64,000 nucleotides of DNA from Trueperaceae bacterium (GTDB lineage Bacteria; Deinococcota; Deinococci; Deinococcales; Trueperaceae): assembly GCA_965213705.1 (NCBI GenBank), contig OZ243913.1, forward strand, positions 2,304,001 through 2,368,000. Direction: 5' to 3'. A program made the position numbers and the translations under genes. Position 1 is the first letter of the stretch, and every line of letters starts with the position of its first letter. Shown here one piece after another: positions 42,327 through 52,144 of this stretch. The notes below the pieces were generated by a model, which was not told where the DNA came from, searched no databases, and was given only the letters and a program-made list of their open reading frames with translations.

Positions 42327-43283
42327 ATGATTCAAATGACCCCCGACATCAAAGCCGAAGTCACCGACAAGTACGGCGAGTTCACCATCGAGCCGATGCA
42401 GCGCGGCTACGGCGTTACTTTGGGCAACCCGCTGCGCCGTATCCTGCTGTCGTCGATTCCCGGCACCGCCGTGACGAGCGTGTACATCGAAGACGTGTTG
42501 CACGAGTTTTCAACCATTCCCGGCGTTAAAGAAGACGTCATGCAGATTATCCTCAACTTGAAAGAACTCGTGGTCAAACTCCACGACGACGAACCCGTAA
42601 CCCTGACGCTGCGCGGTGAAAGCGAGGGTGTTATCACCGCGGGCAGTTTCGAGACGCCGCCCAACGCCGAGGTCGTCAACCCCGAGCTGCACATTGCCAC
42701 GCTCGCCAAAGGTGGCAAGCTCGTGATGGAAGTCCGCGTCGAGCCGGGCGTGGGTTACGTGCCGGCGGACATTCACGGCACCAAAGACCGCATCAACTCG
42801 ATTCCGGTCGACGCGATTTTCACGCCCGTGCGCCGGGTGGCTTACCGCGTCGCCGACACGCGCGTGGGCCAACAGACGGACCTCGACAAGCTCGTTTTGC
42901 GCATCTGGACCGACGGCAGCGTCGCGCCGGGCGAAGCCCTGACGATGGCCGTAGAAATCATGCGCAGCCAACTCGCCGTTTTCGGTGGCGAGGTAGCCGC
43001 CATGCCGACGGTCGAGGAAAAAGTCCCGGTCACGGTCATCGCGCCGCGCGCCGCCCAAGAAGAAACGGCCCCCGCCGAGCCCGAAGGCGTGCAGATGAAC
43101 TTGGACGGGTTGGAACTCTCGAGCCGCGTCCTTCACTCCTTGCAAGAAGAGGGCATCGACTCCATCAACGCGCTCCTCGCGCTGAGCGAACGCGACCTGA
43201 AAAAGGTCGGCGGCATCGGTGAGAAGTCCCTGGAAGAAATCACCGACCAGCTCGTCGCCCGCGGGCTGAAACTGAAGGAGTAA
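42327..43283 (+). CDS. rpoA: RNA polymerase alpha subunit
   Basis: [29 protein letters not shown]. Confidence 0.99.
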   Translation: MIQMTPDIKAEVTDKYGEFTIEPMQRGYGVTLGNPLRRILLSSIPGTAVTSVYIEDVLHEFSTIPGVKEDVMQIILNLKELVVKLHDDEPVTLTLRGESEGVITAGSFETPPNAEVVNPELHIATLAKGGKLVMEVRVEPGVGYVPADIHGTKDRINSIPVDAIFTPVRRVAYRVADTRVGQQTDLDKLVLRIWTDGSVAPGEALTMAVEIMRSQLAVFGGEVAAMPTVEEKVPVTVIAPRAAQEETAPAEPEGVQMNLDGLELSSRVLHSLQEEGIDSINALLALSERDLKKVGGIGEKSLEEITDQLVARGLKLKE

Positions 43284-43285
43284 AG

Positions 43286-43648
43286 ATGAGACACTTGTCC
43301 AGCGGACGTAAGCTCAACCGCAACTCGTCCCACCGCATCGCCCTCAACCGCAGCCAAGCGACGGCACTGTTCCGCCACGGCCGCATCAAAACGACGCTGG
43401 CGAAAGCCAAAAACCTGCAGCCTTACGTTGAAAAACTCATCACCACCGCGCGCGGCGGCGACCTGCACGCGCGCCGGCTGGTCGGCAAGGAAATCCACGA
43501 CCAGGTTGTCCTGCGCAAACTCATGGACGACATCGCCCCGAGCTTTGCGGCGCGCCCCGGCGGTTATACCCGAATTTACCGCCTGGGGATGCGCCGCGGC
43601 GACGCCACGCAAGAAGCTTTAATCGAGCTTGTCGGCGACGACGAATAG
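43286..43648 (+). CDS. rplQ: 50S ribosomal protein L17
   Basis: [17 protein letters not shown]. Confidence 0.99.
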   Translation: MRHLSSGRKLNRNSSHRIALNRSQATALFRHGRIKTTLAKAKNLQPYVEKLITTARGGDLHARRLVGKEIHDQVVLRKLMDDIAPSFAARPGGYTRIYRLGMRRGDATQEALIELVGDDE

Positions 43649-43669
43649 GTTTTGTGAGCATCAGCAGAG

Positions 43670-43700
43670 AGCCGAAGCACCAAGCTTCGGCTTTTTTATT
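43670..43700 (+). terminator. intrinsic terminator ending the r-protein operon
   Basis: AGCCGAAGC/GCTTCGGCT followed by TTTTTATT. Confidence 0.9.
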
Positions 43701-43751
43701 GGTTTGTCCAACCTTCTCGGCGAGCATCAAAAACCGAAGGGAGCCCGCGCC

Positions 43752-44135
43752 GTAACCGACTGCCCTTTTTGCCTCGAGACCAACGCTCTTTACGGCGACA
43801 TTCTCGTCCAAAACGAGCACGCCTACCTTGTCACCCTGCCCGACCCCGTCCTGAAAGACTCGCTCATGATTATCCCGCTGCGCCACGTCGAAACGCCTTT
43901 TGACCTGAACGACGAGGAGTGGCTGGCGCTGAAAAGTTTGCTTGACGAAGCTAAAAGGGTGCTGGACGCTCGAGGCGCGCAAGGCTACAACGTCGGCTGG
44001 AACGTCGGCGCAGTGGCCGGGCAGCACGTGCCGCACGCGCACCTGCACGTGTTCGCGCGCTTTGCCGACGAGCCTTTGGCAGGCCGGGGGATTCGCTACG
44101 CGTTCAAACAACCCGTGAACAAACGACCCTCTTAA
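43752..44135 (+). CDS. HIT family hydrolase (start codon anomalous)
   Basis: TDCPFC...AGQHVPHAHLHV; expected start position holds GTA. Confidence 0.8.
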   Translation, partial: VTDCPFCLETNALYGDILVQNEHAYLVTLPDPVLKDSLMIIPLRHVETPFDLNDEEWLALKSLLDEAKRVLDARGAQGYNVGWNVGAVAGQHVPHAHLHVFARFADEPLAGRGIRYAFKQPVNKRPS

Positions 44136-45626
44136 TTATTCGCGCCGCGACAACACCGGACAATAAAGCCCGAGGTTTTCCCGTTGCCACCAGCGCCCGT
44201 CGCCCCGGAGTTCCGAAGGGGCGGTGTAGCGGTAGTCGTAAAGGGTGGCGCGGATAAACTTGGGTGGCTGTTCGAAGGGGTTGGACTCGAGCAAAGCCGT
44301 CACCTCCGGCGCACCCTCCAACAGCCGCACCAAAAACTGCACGAACCAGGGCGTGCGCTGGCAACTCCCCAGGGCGGCGAACCACACCTGCCAGTCGAGC
44401 CGCGGCATGTGCGGCTGAACAAGCGGCGGCGCGCGGCTGGGATCGCCGGGCTTGTACTTGAACGTGTAGGGCAGCCAAATCTCACCGTCGTCGCTGCCCT
44501 CGACGATGATTTCAGGTCGCCGCGTCGTCATGACCCGAAACAAGCCGTAGCTGTTGAACGACCGAAACGGTTGCAGCCAGCCGTAAGCGCGGTCGGCGAA
44601 GCCGGGCCAAGGAGCACCGGGCCGCAGCGCGCTGTAAACGAGCAGCGGCGTGAACGCGATGACCGTTGCCGCCACGAGTGCCATGAGGGCTCGAGGCCAG
44701 CGCCTGTAAGCTTTTGCGGGTGCATCCGTTCGGAGCCACCGAAGCGCCCGGTCGTCGAGAAGCGGCACACAGAGCACGACCGTCAACAAGTTGAAAAACC
44801 CGTAGTTGCCGGTCAGCGCGATGAGCAGCATCAAGAGGGCGGTGAAGCCGCCTGCTAGGAGTCGCAGCCGCCGCGGCGCGAAGTAGAAAAACGGCACGAC
44901 GAGTTCGACGAAGAAAGTGAAGTAGAGTGAGAGTTTCTGAACCCACAGCGGCAGGTGATGCGCCCAAAACGCTAGCGGCGTCGGGAGGGGTTGGGTTTCG
45001 TAGTGAAACTGCAAAGCCACGCCCGTCAGCCACGAAGCGTCGCCCGAGGTGAGCTTGACCACGCCGGAAGTGAACATAAGCCGGAACAGCAGCAGCCTCA
45101 GCAAAAACAGCGCCAGGCGCGACGGCTCCGGCCCCCGCCCGAAACCCGTGCGAACGGTCAGCGGCGCGAGGAAGATGGCGAGAAAACCCGCCTCGAGCAG
45201 CAACACGTCCCACTGAAAACTCAAAAACACTTGTCCGCCCACGGTGAGCGACAAGTAAAATAGCCACAGCAGCGCCAGCGACGGCGCGGGCAACACACCC
45301 AGCATCAACAGGACGGCGACCAGCACGCCCCCGCCGCAGAGCAGGTTTAAGACAACGTCGCTGCCGCTCAACCACAGAAGCGTCGACAAACGTAAGTAAG
45401 CATCGGAACCGAGCGCGTCGCGCGCCCTGGTCAAGTAGTCCGCCACCGGCAAGATGCCGCTCGAGCCTATAAGCCCCTCTATCTGCACCCAAAGCGACAC
45501 GAAAGCGATGAGATAGACGAGGCCGAGCGCCCGCAGAAACAGGTCGGCGGTGACGCGGGTGCTCGGCGCGTCCCCCAGCCACTTTGAGAGAAAAGGCCAC
45601 CCCCAGCCGGTTCGTGTGTCGTTCAT
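44136..45626 (-). CDS. lipase maturation factor family membrane protein
   Basis: FQWDVLLLEAGFL, HYETQPLP, TGNYGFFN, PRLDWQVWFAA. Confidence 0.92.
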   Translation of the reverse strand: MNDTRTGWGWPFLSKWLGDAPSTRVTADLFLRALGLVYLIAFVSLWVQIEGLIGSSGILPVADYLTRARDALGSDAYLRLSTLLWLSGSDVVLNLLCGGGVLVAVLLMLGVLPAPSLALLWLFYLSLTVGGQVFLSFQWDVLLLEAGFLAIFLAPLTVRTGFGRGPEPSRLALFLLRLLLFRLMFTSGVVKLTSGDASWLTGVALQFHYETQPLPTPLAFWAHHLPLWVQKLSLYFTFFVELVVPFFYFAPRRLRLLAGGFTALLMLLIALTGNYGFFNLLTVVLCVPLLDDRALRWLRTDAPAKAYRRWPRALMALVAATVIAFTPLLVYSALRPGAPWPGFADRAYGWLQPFRSFNSYGLFRVMTTRRPEIIVEGSDDGEIWLPYTFKYKPGDPSRAPPLVQPHMPRLDWQVWFAALGSCQRTPWFVQFLVRLLEGAPEVTALLESNPFEQPPKFIRATLYDYRYTAPSELRGDGRWWQRENLGLYCPVLSRRE

Positions 45627-45639
45627 CCTGCCCCCTATT

Positions 45640-46794
45640 TTACAAAAAGCTCGAGCCCACCCCATCCCACTTCACATTTAAGAGGTCGGCGACCGTCGCG
45701 CCGACATCCGCGAAGTTTCTCGTTTTCAGGTCTTGCCCCGCTCGGCCCGGCTGGTAAGCCAGCAGCAGGCCGTACTCCCGCGTGTGGTCGCTGCCCAGCG
45801 ACGTCGGGTCGTTGCCGTGGTCACTAACGAACAGCAGCGTGTCGTCTTCGCCGACGGCGTTCAAGAGGTCGGGCAGGCGCGCGTCTACGTCTTGTAGCGC
45901 GCGAGCGTACCCCGCCGGGTTGCGGCGGTGGCCGTAGAGCGAGTCGAACTCGACGAGGTTGCAAAAGATAAGACCGTCGGGCCGCCGTTTCATCACTTCA
46001 AGCGTTTTCGTCACGCCGTCTGTATTCGAGTCGGTGTGAACCTCTTCGGTAAAGCCGCGGTGGTCGTAGATGTCGGGGATTTTACCGATGCCGACGACCG
46101 CCTTGCCCGCCGCTCGCAGCTTGTCCAGCACGGTCTCGTGCGGCGGGGCGAGGGAGAAGTCCTTGCGCGCCCCGCCGAGGCGCTCAAACGCGCCCGGCTC
46201 GCCCCCAAACGGCCGGGCGATGACGCGGGCCACGGCGTGTTCGCCCTGCAGAATCTCGCGAGCCGCCCCGCACCAGGCGTAAAGGATCGTCAAGGGCACC
46301 TTGTCCACGTGCGCCGCAACCTGAAACACGCTGTCCGCGCTCGTGTAGACGATGGGCTCGCCCGTCGCTAAGTGTTCCTGGCCCAGTTCTTCGATGATGG
46401 TCGTCCCCGACGCGGCGACGTTGCCGAGGTGACCCGTCCCCGTCGCCGCGTCGAACGCGTCCATGACTTCTTTTGGAAACGAAGGATGCTCGGGCGGAAA
46501 GGTTTGAAAAGGATGCTCCAGCACCACGCCCATAAACTCCCAGTGGCCCGTGGTCGTGTCCTTGCCGGGAGAACGCTCGAGCAGCCGCCCGAAAGAAGCG
46601 AGGGGCGTTTCAGCAGTTCTCACCGACGACACGCCAATGATGTTGCCCAAGCCGAGCCGCCGAAAGTTGGGTAGCTCGACCCCGGTTTCCTCGAGCGTGT
46701 GGTCAAGCGTGTGCGCGCCTCCGTCGCCAAAACGTTCGGCGTCGGGCAGCGCGCCCAGCCCGACCGAGTCGAGCACGATGATTGTTACGGTCAT
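45640..46794 (-). CDS. deoB: phosphopentomutase
   Basis: [45 protein letters not shown]. Confidence 0.97.
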   Translation of the reverse strand: MTVTIIVLDSVGLGALPDAERFGDGGAHTLDHTLEETGVELPNFRRLGLGNIIGVSSVRTAETPLASFGRLLERSPGKDTTTGHWEFMGVVLEHPFQTFPPEHPSFPKEVMDAFDAATGTGHLGNVAASGTTIIEELGQEHLATGEPIVYTSADSVFQVAAHVDKVPLTILYAWCGAAREILQGEHAVARVIARPFGGEPGAFERLGGARKDFSLAPPHETVLDKLRAAGKAVVGIGKIPDIYDHRGFTEEVHTDSNTDGVTKTLEVMKRRPDGLIFCNLVEFDSLYGHRRNPAGYARALQDVDARLPDLLNAVGEDDTLLFVSDHGNDPTSLGSDHTREYGLLLAYQPGRAGQDLKTRNFADVGATVADLLNVKWDGVGSSFL

Positions 46795-46841
46795 GGGTCA
46801 AGTATACGTGGCTGGGGACGGGGGTCGGTCATAATACGCCT

Positions 46842-48485
46842 GTGAAGAACTTGAGCGAACGGGTTTTGGCGAAACTTCAAACGCTAGCTCCAAAAGCTCA
46901 AAAGCTCGTCGTGGCCGTTTCGGGCGGGCCGGACTCGGTGGCATTGCTGCGGCTTTTGCTGGAGAGTTCGTACACGCTCGAGGTCGCTCACTTCGACCAC
47001 GGCTTACGGGAAACCTCCCGCGAAGACACCGACTTCGTCCGCGACTTGGCCGCCCGTTTCGACCTTCCTTTTCACACCGAGCGGGCCGAGGTCGCCCGTA
47101 TTGCTGCGGCTAAGGGCTGGAACGTCGAAGACGCGGCGCGGCGAATGCGCTACGGCTTTTTGACCCGCACCGCCAAACGGGTTGCTGCCGACGGGGTCGT
47201 AACCGGGCACACGCTGGACGACCAGGCGGAGACGGTGCTGCTGCAACTGCTGCGCGGCGCAGCCTACCTGCGCGGCATGAAGGCGGTGCAGGGCCGCGTG
47301 CTGCGGCCGCTGCTGGACACGCCAAGGCTCGAGCTGCTCGCCTACCTGCAGGGCCTCGACCAACCTTTCTTGACCGACGCCACAAACCTCGACACCTCCA
47401 GAACGCGCTCATGGCTGCGGCTCGAGGTTGTGCCCTTGTTAGAACAGCGTTACCCGAGTCTGAAAAAATCGTTGGCTCGGTTGGCAGACGTACAAGGCGC
47501 GGCCGTAGAGCACCTACGCGAACAGGGGAGAGGGCTGCTGAACGAGGGCGGGCTCGAGGTCGCGACCCTGCAAAAAGCCGGTCTCGCCGTGCGGCGTCAG
47601 GCGGTTGCCGAACTGTTGAAAGATGCCTCGGTGCCCGTTTCTTTCGAGCGGGTCGAGGGTCTTCTCGCGTTGCTGAGTGCTGAGAAACCCGTGCGCGCAT
47701 CGCTGAGTGAAACTCTGAGCGCCCGCGTTGCCTACGGCAGCCTTACGCTCGTCGAAAAAAGCGCGAAGACGCTCCCGGAGACGCCCGTCACCCGCGCTGC
47801 GGACTTACCGCCGGAGGTCGACGCGGCTGTACTCGAGCACTACCCCAACCTCGTTTACCGCAGTCGCCGACCGGGGGACGTGATTCGTTTGCCCGGCGGC
47901 ACCAAAAAACTGAGCGACCTGTTCATCGACAAAAAAGTCCCGCGCGAGGAGCGGGACACGGTGCGCCTGCTCGCCTCGGACAGTCAAGTGCTGTGGGTAG
48001 AGGGTGTTGCGGTCAATGTGTCGGTGGCTCGAGCCTCTGCAGACGCCGATGTCCATTTTATGGCGTGCGCTCTCGCCTTGGCCGAAAAAGCCGCCCTCCT
48101 CGGCGAATTGCCGGTCGGGGCCGTCGTCGTTCACGGAGGCGAGGTTGTTGCCGAAGCGCACAATGAAACCGAAAGCTCAAACGACCCGACCGCGCACGCC
48201 GAAGTCCTGGCGTTGCGGCGGGCGGCGGAAACTTTGGGCGACTGGCGGCTTGCCGGCTGCACCCTTTACGTCACGCTCGAGCCCTGCCCGATGTGTTTCG
48301 GCGCGGCGTTGCAAGCGCACCTGCCCCGCCTCGTCTACGGAGCTGCAAATAGGCTCGAGGGCGCGCTGGGCTCGGTCACAGACTTGCGCACCGCCCCCTG
48401 GAAACGTGAGCCGGAGGTGCGCGGCGGCGTGCTGGCGGGCTGGAGCGCCGCGCTCCTCAAGACGTTTTTCGCCCCTAAACGCTGA
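46842..48485 (+). CDS. tilS: tRNA(Ile)-lysidine synthetase fused to C-terminal TadA-like deaminase
   Basis: AVSGGPDS, HTLDDQAET; C-terminal DPTAHAE, TLEPCPMC. Confidence 0.95.
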   Translation: MKNLSERVLAKLQTLAPKAQKLVVAVSGGPDSVALLRLLLESSYTLEVAHFDHGLRETSREDTDFVRDLAARFDLPFHTERAEVARIAAAKGWNVEDAARRMRYGFLTRTAKRVAADGVVTGHTLDDQAETVLLQLLRGAAYLRGMKAVQGRVLRPLLDTPRLELLAYLQGLDQPFLTDATNLDTSRTRSWLRLEVVPLLEQRYPSLKKSLARLADVQGAAVEHLREQGRGLLNEGGLEVATLQKAGLAVRRQAVAELLKDASVPVSFERVEGLLALLSAEKPVRASLSETLSARVAYGSLTLVEKSAKTLPETPVTRAADLPPEVDAAVLEHYPNLVYRSRRPGDVIRLPGGTKKLSDLFIDKKVPREERDTVRLLASDSQVLWVEGVAVNVSVARASADADVHFMACALALAEKAALLGELPVGAVVVHGGEVVAEAHNETESSNDPTAHAEVLALRRAAETLGDWRLAGCTLYVTLEPCPMCFGAALQAHLPRLVYGAANRLEGALGSVTDLRTAPWKREPEVRGGVLAGWSAALLKTFFAPKR

Positions 48486-49284
48486 GGTTTTCTCTCAAAA
48501 CACCAAGCAGTTCTGTGTACCCGCGCTGCCCCGAAGCCACGAAAGTGTGACCGCCCGCGACTTCGACGAGTTTCGCTCGGTCGATGCGCTCCACGAGTTT
48601 GCGGGTGTGCTCGAGGCGCACCGTAGTGTCGCTTTTGCCCTGCACGACGAGGCAGGGCGCGCTCACCCGCGGTGCGAGTGCGTAGGCCCGGCGACCGAGT
48701 TGCCGCAGTTGGTCGATGGCCTCGGTCGGCAGGGTGACGCCTTTTTTGAGCTGCGCCTGCACCTCCGGGTCGGTCAGGTCGGCGTCCGGCACGATGTCCT
48801 TAAAGGTCTCACGCGTTTGGGGGTCGCCAAAGTCGGCGTTTTCGAACGGTCTGACCTGCCGAACGAAGTGTTTGAACACAGGCAGCAGCTTCACCCGCCA
48901 GTCGTCGAAGCGCCAGAACGGGGCGAGGAGGACGAGGCTGTCGGGCAGGGCGCGCGTCGCCGCAAGCAGCGCGAGTGCCCCGCCCATCGAAAAGCCGAGG
49001 AGCAGGGTTTGTTCGGCCCCGTCGGCCAGCCTCACGAACTCGGTCTCGACCGTTCTCGCCCAGTTTTGCCAGCGTTTTTGCCCAAGGGATTCGATGTCCG
49101 AACCGAAACCGGGCAGCAAGGGCACGCGCGCCTGCCAACCCGCCTCGGCGAGAAACCTGGCTAGGGGCCGCAGCTCGGCGGGCGTGCCGGGAAAGCCGTG
49201 GACGAGCAGGGCGCGGCGCTTGGCGTTCCCCAGCGTAAAGGGTTGATGTTCGGGGGCGCTGTAGAAATTCGGCACGGTTCTCAA
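48475..49284 (-). CDS. alpha/beta hydrolase (carboxylesterase-like)
   Basis: LVHGF, GFSMGG nucleophile elbow, QGKSD, GGH. Confidence 0.88.
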   Translation of the reverse strand: MRTVPNFYSAPEHQPFTLGNAKRRALLVHGFPGTPAELRPLARFLAEAGWQARVPLLPGFGSDIESLGQKRWQNWARTVETEFVRLADGAEQTLLLGFSMGGALALLAATRALPDSLVLLAPFWRFDDWRVKLLPVFKHFVRQVRPFENADFGDPQTRETFKDIVPDADLTDPEVQAQLKKGVTLPTEAIDQLRQLGRRAYALAPRVSAPCLVVQGKSDTTVRLEHTRKLVERIDRAKLVEVAGGHTFVASGQRGYTELLGVLRENLSV

Positions 49285-49434
49285 GGTGACACGGCCCGAG
49301 CCCGGCTGCAGGGCTCGAGCCTACAGGAACGCAGCGGGGGAGAAGAATCCGTTTGCTCTCCACCCTCGAGCGTGTGCCGTCATCTTGTTTGTTTTGCCAA
49401 AGCTCGTCATACTCGCCTTACCAAGGAGGCAAAC

Positions 49435-49665
49435 ATGGACGAAGTCAAGCGAGACTTTGAAGAGTACGTCGCCGACCTGCATGCACAACTCAAGGCCGAC
49501 CGCGTGGTGGGCGCGGTCGGCGACGACGACGAGGCTGAATTGACGCAGCTCGTCAGCGACAGCCGCGCGCAGATTGAAGGAGCGGAGGACTCGCAAACGG
49601 CCAGGGAGCGCTTCGAAGCATTCAAAACCAAAGCCGAAAGATACGGCCAGGGCGCGGGGATATGA
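49435..49665 (+). CDS. small acidic hypothetical protein
   Basis: AAGGAGG SD, CATACT -10 upstream; 76-aa helical ORF MDEVKRDFEEY... Confidence 0.7.
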   Translation: MDEVKRDFEEYVADLHAQLKADRVVGAVGDDDEAELTQLVSDSRAQIEGAEDSQTARERFEAFKTKAERYGQGAGI

Positions 49666-49725
49666 GGTTTAGGGACGCTTTTCTGAATTGAAAGAGACGT
49701 GCTGGCGGGCTCGAGCCTACCCTCA

Positions 49726-49812
49726 CGTCACTCTGAGCGACAGTGAAAGAATCTCTGGCGGTGCGGTAAAAACGAGATTCTTTCACTTCGCTGCGCTACG
49801 TCCAGAACGACG
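49726..49812. repeat. REP-like palindromic intergenic element
   Basis: CGTCACTCTGAGCG..AGTGAAAGAATCTC / GAGATTCTTTCACT..CGCT..CAGAACGACG; perfect 14-bp inner inverted repeat. Confidence 0.75.
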
Positions 49813-49844
49813 ACAGTAGGGGGTTCGCGGCGTTCTGCGTAGCC

Positions 49845-50798
49845 CTACGCCACTTTGACGACGATTTTGCCGTGAACCGCTTCGCCGCCCTGTTCCAAAA
49901 GCTTGTGAGCTTCGGCGACCTCTTCCAAGGGAAACGTCTTGCCGATGACGGACTTGACCTGCCCGCGCTCGAACAGCGCGCGCATCTTGTCGAGTTTGTG
50001 TTTGGCGTCTTCCAAGTGGACGAAGCGGACGGTCGCGTTTTTACGCATCGCCGGGCTGAGGTCGCCGCCCGCGCCCGTCACCGTGACGAGTTGGCCGTCC
50101 ATCTTGACGACCGCGATGCTCTTGGCAAGCTGGCCGCCCGCCGCGTCGAAGACGACGTCGACGCCCGCCCCGTTCGTCACGCGGTTGACGGTCTCGACGA
50201 AATCCTCAGTTTTGTAGTCGATGACCGTGTCCGCGCCGAGCGACTTAACCAGCTCTGCGTCGTAGCTGCCGCAGGTAGCGAACACGTAAGCGCCCGCCGC
50301 TTTGGCGAGTTGCACCGCGTAGGTGCCCACCCCGCCCGCCGCGCCGTGGATGAGGACGGTGTCGCCCAGGCTCAAACCCGCGCTCGTAAACAGCGCCGCG
50401 TAGGCCGTGCCGCCCGCGACCGGCACGGCGGCGGCCTCTCCCATTGATAAGTTGGCGGGCTTTTTGGCGAGGCGTGAGGCGTCGGTGACGTGGTACTCGG
50501 CGTTCGCGCCGCCGCGCGGGTCCATCAGGTCGATGGCGTAGTACACCTCGTCACCGGGTGCGAAGTCGCGCACGCCCGCGCCAGTTTCCTCGACGACGCC
50601 CGCCGCGTCGAAACCTAGGACCAGCGGCGGCTGCAGCATCGCGCCGAACATGCCGCTGCGCACACCCGTGTCGGCTAAGTTGACCGAAGTCGCGTGGACG
50701 CGGACGAGCGCGTCGTTTGCGCCGACTTCGGGCTTGTCCCTGTCCTGCATGACCAGCTTGTCCGGGCCACCGTACTCGTTCAAGACGACTGCTTTCAT
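49845..50798 (-). CDS. NADPH:quinone oxidoreductase (MDR family)
   Basis: LGFDAAG, LIHGAAGGVG, VQLAK, GKIVV. Confidence 0.9.
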   Translation of the reverse strand: MKAVVLNEYGGPDKLVMQDRDKPEVGANDALVRVHATSVNLADTGVRSGMFGAMLQPPLVLGFDAAGVVEETGAGVRDFAPGDEVYYAIDLMDPRGGANAEYHVTDASRLAKKPANLSMGEAAAVPVAGGTAYAALFTSAGLSLGDTVLIHGAAGGVGTYAVQLAKAAGAYVFATCGSYDAELVKSLGADTVIDYKTEDFVETVNRVTNGAGVDVVFDAAGGQLAKSIAVVKMDGQLVTVTGAGGDLSPAMRKNATVRFVHLEDAKHKLDKMRALFERGQVKSVIGKTFPLEEVAEAHKLLEQGGEAVHGKIVVKVA

Positions 50799-51457
50799 AC
50801 GTTCACCTCTTTCGCGTTCGTGTTTGTCAACTGGTCGAAAACCTCTAAAAAGACCTCTACCGGCTGCGCGCCCGAAACGCCGTAAGCGTCGTTGAAGACG
50901 TAAAACGGCACGCCGGAGATGCCCAGTTCGGCGGCGCGTTGCTGGCTGGCCGCGACCTCAACTTGGCCCGCGTCGCTTTTCAGGTACGCCTCTACTGGCT
51001 CGCGCTCGAGCCCTGTCCGTTCGGCAACCTTCAACAACACGCCCAAATCGTTCAAGTCCTCGCCGTTTTCGAAGTACGCCTTGAAGAGCGCGTCCGCCGC
51101 GGCGAGACTTTTGCCCTCGTCCTCGGCAAACAGGATGAGGCGGTGCGCGTCGGCGGTGTTGTTCGCTTTCTGGATGTTCTCGAAGTCGAACGCCAGCCCC
51201 TCGGCGTGCCCCAGCTCGGTGAGCTGCCCGAACATGCCGCGCGCCCGCTCCCAGCCGCCGAACTTTTTGTCGGCGAAACCCCGCCAGGGCAGACCTGTGG
51301 GCGGCAGTTGCGGTTGCAGTTGAAACGGTCGCCAGGTTTCCGTGACGCTCAACTCGGGGCGTAAGGCGAGGGCTTTTTGCAGCCGCGCTTCGCCGACGTA
51401 GCACCAGGGGCAAGCGATATCGGCGTATATTTCGATGGTGATGGGTTGTTGGGTCAT
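50795..51457 (-). CDS. frnE: DsbA/FrnE family oxidoreductase
   Basis: DIACPWCYVG, GVPFY, SGAQP. Confidence 0.88.
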   Translation of the reverse strand: MTQQPITIEIYADIACPWCYVGEARLQKALALRPELSVTETWRPFQLQPQLPPTGLPWRGFADKKFGGWERARGMFGQLTELGHAEGLAFDFENIQKANNTADAHRLILFAEDEGKSLAAADALFKAYFENGEDLNDLGVLLKVAERTGLEREPVEAYLKSDAGQVEVAASQQRAAELGISGVPFYVFNDAYGVSGAQPVEVFLEVFDQLTNTNAKEVNV

Positions 51458-51514
51458 GGGGTTCCTTTGGTGGATTTGACAAGTACCGAGTACCGAGTGG
51501 AAAGTAGAATCCGG

Positions 51515-52144
51515 TCAGTAGCTCACCATCGGCGCTTTGTGCAGCCACTGGTCGGTGTCGAGTTGCGCGAGCATGAAGTCCGCTACGTCGGCCCTCGAGA
51601 CCCGCATCCCCGAGTCTTTACCGACGAAGGTGCTTTTGTAAACGCCGGTATGCTCGCCGTCGGTGAGCATCGGGCCGCGCACGACTATCCACTCCAGGCC
51701 GCTGTTGCGGAGGACTTCGGCGTGGTTTTCGGCGTCTTTCAAAACGCTGCCGGAGAGCGCCTTGAGCATGAACTTGACAATTCGGTCCGAGACCTTGGGT
51801 TGGTCGTTCGGGTCCGAAACGCCCGCCCCGGTGAGGCTGACGACGCGCTTCACGCCGTGTTTTTTCATAGCCTCGACGATTGCGCGCGTGGCGACCGTTT
51901 GCACGTCGTCGGGCGAACCCTTGGCGTGGCCGAGGACGCTCAAAACCCCGTCGGTACCCTCGACGGTGCGCTCGACGTCGGCCGCGTTTGTCGCGTCGCC
52001 CTGGATAACGGTAAGCCGCGGGTCCTCGATCGTCAGCTTGGACGGGGTGCGCACCAGCGCCTTGACCGTGTAACCCTTGGCGAGGGCTTGGCGCACCAGC
52101 GGTAAACCGGTGCGCCCGGTCGCGCCGAAAATGGCGAGTTTCAC
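51515..52144 (-). CDS. NAD(P)-binding flavin/biliverdin reductase-like protein
   Basis: FGATGRTG, SRADVADFM. Confidence 0.88.
   Translation of the reverse strand: MKLAIFGATGRTGLPLVRQALAKGYTVKALVRTPSKLTIEDPRLTVIQGDATNAADVERTVEGTDGVLSVLGHAKGSPDDVQTVATRAIVEAMKKHGVKRVVSLTGAGVSDPNDQPKVSDRIVKFMLKALSGSVLKDAENHAEVLRNSGLEWIVVRGPMLTDGEHTGVYKSTFVGKDSGMRVSRADVADFMLAQLDTDQWLHKAPMVSY

Noticed and set aside
24454..43648. Many long antisense and alternate-frame ORFs over the ribosomal protein genes and elsewhere
   Set aside because: Shadow ORFs expected from GC-rich codon bias; no motifs or start signals.
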